From Pirellulales bacterium (GTDB lineage Bacteria > Planctomycetota > Planctomycetia > Pirellulales > JAICIG01): a stretch of DNA of 52,440 bases. The notes below the pieces were generated by a model. It saw only the letters and a program-made list of their open reading frames with translations. It was not told the origin of the DNA and did no database searches. Made by a program: the position numbers and the translations under genes. The first letter of the stretch is position 1, and each line of letters starts with the position of its first letter. The DNA lies in assembly GCA_040901675.1 (NCBI GenBank), contig JBBDYJ010000005.1, positions 1 to 52,440 on the forward strand, read 5' to 3'. Shown here in pieces: positions 49,286 to 52,440 of the stretch.

Positions 49286-50647
49286 ATGCTGGGTATGGGA
49301 ACGCCCGAGCCAAGCAAGCCGCAGAAGCGCTCGAATTGGCGCCAGTACAGCATCTGCATGCTGCTGCTCGTGGTGACGCTGATCAGCCTGGTCCTCGGCC
49401 TGGTGGTTGTTCCCGCCCAGCGGCAGCAGCGAGCAGTCGCGGCGATAATCGAGCTGGGGGGCTCCGTAAAGTATGACTTTGAGTGGGAGGGCGAAACCCC
49501 TGGCCCGAACTGGTTGTATCGGATCGTCGGACGTGACTATTTTGGCGACGTCGTAACAGTCCACATAGGATCGGGCATGGCCGATGCGACGTGCTCGTAC
49601 TTAAGCGCGTTGACAAAGCTGGAACACTTGTACCTAGGCGACACGCTTGTCAGTAATGCCGGCTTGGCACACTTGGCTGGGCTAACGCGCCTGGAATGGC
49701 TTGAGCTAGGGCGCACGCGGGTCACTGACGCCGGCCTTGCGCACTTGGCTGGGCTAACGCGCCTGGAATGGCTTGAGCTGGGGGGCACGCGTGTCACGGA
49801 TGCTGGCCTTGCGCATCTGGCCAGACTCACAAGGCTGGAAGCCCTACGGCTGAACGAAACTCAGATCAGCAACGCCGGGCTCGCACATTTGGCCGGCCTG
49901 ACAAAGCTGCAAGCCCTATGGCTGAGCGAAACTCAGATCAGCGATGCCGGGCTCGTGCATTTGGCCGGCCTGACCAGGCTGCGAGCCCTATGGCTGAACG
50001 AAACTCAGATAACCGGCGCCGAGCTGGCGCATTTGGCGGGGTTGACAAGGCTGGAAGCCCTATCGCTGAACGAAACTCAGATAACCGACTCCGGGCTCGC
50101 GCATTTGGGCAGGCTGAAGAGCCTAAGGATCCTGAACCTGAGCGACACTCGGATCACGGACGCGGGCCTCTCGCATTTGCACAGCCTGAAAAACATCAAA
50201 GATCTTCGCCTGAGTAACACGCGGGTTACTGACTCCGGCCTTATGCACCTAGCCAGAGTAACCAGCCTGCAAATGCTTTACCTGGATGGCACCAGAGTCG
50301 CTGATCCCGGCCTCGTGCAACTGCAGGGCCTGACAAGCCTGGAATCACTTTGGTTGGGCGAGACGCCCGTCACCGATGCCGGCCTTGCGCATCTGGGCGG
50401 GCTGACGAGCCTAGAATGGCTTGGCCTGACGGGGACGCAGGTCACCGATGCCGGCCTGGCGCATCTGGCCGGGCTAACGAACCTAATCATATTGGATCTG
50501 AGTGGCACGCAGGTGACCGACGCCGGCCTTGAGCATCTCGGGAGGCTGACGAGCCTAGAAAGGCTGGACCTGAATGCCACGCAGGTCAGCGACCAGGGTT
50601 GCGACAAGTTGCGGCAGGCCCTGCCCAATTGTGTCGTCCTACACTAG
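49286..50647 (+). CDS. Membrane-anchored leucine-rich repeat protein with 14 repeats of 24 aa
   Basis: N-terminal WRQYSICMLLLVVTL TM segment, repeats of LTxLxxLxLxxTxVTDAGLAHLAG and an LRQALPNC cap. Confidence 0.93.
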   Translation: MLGMGTPEPSKPQKRSNWRQYSICMLLLVVTLISLVLGLVVVPAQRQQRAVAAIIELGGSVKYDFEWEGETPGPNWLYRIVGRDYFGDVVTVHIGSGMADATCSYLSALTKLEHLYLGDTLVSNAGLAHLAGLTRLEWLELGRTRVTDAGLAHLAGLTRLEWLELGGTRVTDAGLAHLARLTRLEALRLNETQISNAGLAHLAGLTKLQALWLSETQISDAGLVHLAGLTRLRALWLNETQITGAELAHLAGLTRLEALSLNETQITDSGLAHLGRLKSLRILNLSDTRITDAGLSHLHSLKNIKDLRLSNTRVTDSGLMHLARVTSLQMLYLDGTRVADPGLVQLQGLTSLESLWLGETPVTDAGLAHLGGLTSLEWLGLTGTQVTDAGLAHLAGLTNLIILDLSGTQVTDAGLEHLGRLTSLERLDLNATQVSDQGCDKLRQALPNCVVLH

Positions 50648-50752
50648 ACTAGCACTAGCTAGGACTAGACCAGCCGCCAGTGAGGAACATGGCCCGCGCG
50701 GGGTGTTCGATCAGCCGAAAAGCGATTCCGGGTACGCTTGCTCTAGGTCGAG

Positions 50753-52440
50753 CTATTGTCCTTTCGCTGCATTCTGTTCATTCTCGCACTGAAGACACAT
50801 ATTAATGCGGAAGATTTCGTCCGGAAAGAAGCACGTCTGATTGCCTATAGTTTTACTTGCTTTTATCTCGACCTGGTCCCATTGACCACCGTAATTGAAA
50901 TAGGCAATTACAGTCTTTTGGTCCTCCGAGCAAGGCGTGATCCAGAAGCCATGCGCCTTGCTCCACGCTTTGCCCCTGCCTCCGAACAACTCCCCAGAAA
51001 ACGTACCTGCACCAAGCGTCCCGGACGCGCCCCGTGCGTTGCCCCGCTTCACAGGGTCGAACTCGCGCTCAATCCAGGTCTTCCACTCTTTCTCCACAGT
51101 TAACTTATTAGTCTTCCTGCGAGCCGCTCCAACAGTCCCACTGAAACCAACAAGCCCACCGAGGGTGGAAAGCCCCCCAAGTCCCAAAACGAGGCCACGA
51201 GCTAGCCCGGAGGATATCCGCAACGCCCCTGCGATCTTGCCGATTGCAGCCTCCTGGCTCCCTACCACTAAGAGGGCTACGCCGCCAATCGTAAACACCC
51301 AATTCTTCAAGTCTCCGCCGTTCTCCTCCGCAAGAGCACTGCTCAACGCTTCCTGAGCGTTGCAGTAGTTCCGACAATCTTCAAGCAATTTGTCGCACTC
51401 ATCTTCGCCTAGGCTGGTATTCAGGCAGCACCTGTACGCAGCCGTGCAGTTGGGATGGCAGTCATTTTGATACGCGGCCGTTACCACTGCAGGCATTCCC
51501 GCAGGGAGTGGTCCCCGCAGGCCCCCCGTAGTTGTCCCAAAAGGATCCAGCACACTAACAGGGGACGATAAGGCGAATTCATACAAATTCGGGCCATCCA
51601 AGTAAGTTAAGGCGTCTCGCTGCAGCCACCTGCCAATGTTTGGAGCCAGGTAGCGACGCCGGGCGATAAGAAGACCTGTATCGTCGACGGTATAGGCGGC
51701 GAACCCGTGCTGCCAATCGTAAATCGATGCCCCACGCGCGTTAAAACTGCCATCGAACACCACCATGGCGCCGTATGGCGCGTGGACGTAACGTTCACGA
51801 GTGCTCCCTGACTCATCCACTATGGCCGTTACATTCCATGCTCCATCTTGAAGGGCATACAGGCGCTCGTCGAGCATGCCATCGGGCGGTGCGCTGGTGT
51901 CCCGGTCGCGGACGACCAGGTTGTCGATGTAGCGAAGGCCCCACACGAACTGGCGGTCGGCCAGGCTGGAGGCGCCGAGGCGCTCCTCAAGGACCTGCCA
52001 GAGGGCGGAGTAGTAGAAGTGGCGCACGACGCCGCTCAGGGTTTTATTTGTGCGACGGAAAAGGCCATCGTAGGCATACTCGTCCACCGTGGACACGCCG
52101 TCCATGAGTTTTACCAACCGGTTCCAAGCATCCCACGTGGCCACGAAGCTCTGCGTCGGATCGGCGGGCTGCGGGATGAGGACCATGTTGCCCGCACGGT
52201 CGTGGATGGGATCGACCCAGTCCGGACCGGCACTGGCCCCAATGGTGCCGATCTCGTTCACGTTGTTGTGGCTGCGGGACTGGTTGAGGTCCCAGCCGCC
52301 GTTGCCGTCGGTGTCCTCCTTAAAGGCCGTCCAGTTGCCGGTGGCGTCGAGCGACCACGCCTGGGCAAACGCCAGGCCGGTGATGGCCGTCTTGCCGGCG
52401 TTCAGGTCGCCGCGCTCGAAATCCTTGAGCTGATAGAGCC
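50753..52440 (-). CDS. RHS repeat-associated core protein, C-terminal part (5' end outside the window), with a ~260-aa putative toxin domain
   Basis: The frame is open to the window edge. WDAWNRL, YAYDGLFRR and RRYLAPNIGRWLQRD..NLYEF..PVSVLDPFG mark the core end, and the sequence after DPFG (50753-51535) is visibly lower in GC. Confidence 0.92.
   Translation of the reverse strand, partial: LYQLKDFERGDLNAGKTAITGLAFAQAWSLDATGNWTAFKEDTDGNGGWDLNQSRSHNNVNEIGTIGASAGPDWVDPIHDRAGNMVLIPQPADPTQSFVATWDAWNRLVKLMDGVSTVDEYAYDGLFRRTNKTLSGVVRHFYYSALWQVLEERLGASSLADRQFVWGLRYIDNLVVRDRDTSAPPDGMLDERLYALQDGAWNVTAIVDESGSTRERYVHAPYGAMVVFDGSFNARGASIYDWQHGFAAYTVDDTGLLIARRRYLAPNIGRWLQRDALTYLDGPNLYEFALSSPVSVLDPFGTTTGGLRGPLPAGMPAVVTAAYQNDCHPNCTAAYRCCLNTSLGEDECDKLLEDCRNYCNAQEALSSALAEENGGDLKNWVFTIGGVALLVVGSQEAAIGKIAGALRISSGLARGLVLGLGGLSTLGGLVGFSGTVGAARRKTNKLTVEKEWKTWIEREFDPVKRGNARGASGTLGAGTFSGELFGGRGKAWSKAHGFWITPCSEDQKTVIAYFNYGGQWDQVEIKASKTIGNQTCFFPDEIFRINMCLQCENEQNAAKGQ

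Noticed and set aside
49610..50600. Diversity-generating retroelement target in the LRR gene
   Set aside because: No reverse transcriptase or separate template repeat is present, and differences between repeats are not adenine-specific.

Overview
High-GC bacterial chromosomal segment. The gene families (DUF2617, PQQ beta-propeller, 24-aa LRR, TPR/VWA, 'MYDALLDD'-type sigma-70) point to Planctomycetota, which is an inference. (1) 1-14.3 kb is the most novel part. Two divergent operons each contain a giant multi-domain glycosyltransferase/methyltransferase fusion: the left has a Cys-rich hypothetical, a catalytically altered UDP-sugar dehydrogenase and a GT2/MTase-like/GT2/GT2/TPR protein; the right has an amphipathic small protein, an intracellular subtilisin, a YD-like small protein and a CgeB/MTase/GT2/GT-D protein. 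Between them lie two divergent ECF-sigma-like genes and a possible anti-sigma gene, and both operons carry the same bipartite promoter-like motif about 95 nt upstream. (2) 14.3-15.75 kb is a non-coding patchwork of a ~43-bp direct repeat, 7-nt-period repeats and GTAG-type REPs. (3) 15.7-48.5 kb holds housekeeping and accessory genes: an HhH-GPD glycosylase and SPL-like radical SAM, a cobalamin-riboswitch-led operon of class Ic nrdA-nrdB plus metE, a primary sigma-70, miaB, glnE, an MqsRA-like toxin-antitoxin pair, fmt and def. (4) 48.5-52.4 kb has an orphan RHS N-terminal remnant, a 14-repeat LRR membrane protein and the C-terminal part of an RHS protein with an unrecognised toxin-like tail. 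No rRNA, tRNA, CRISPR array or transposase was recognised. All family calls come from motif recognition by eye, not database searches.
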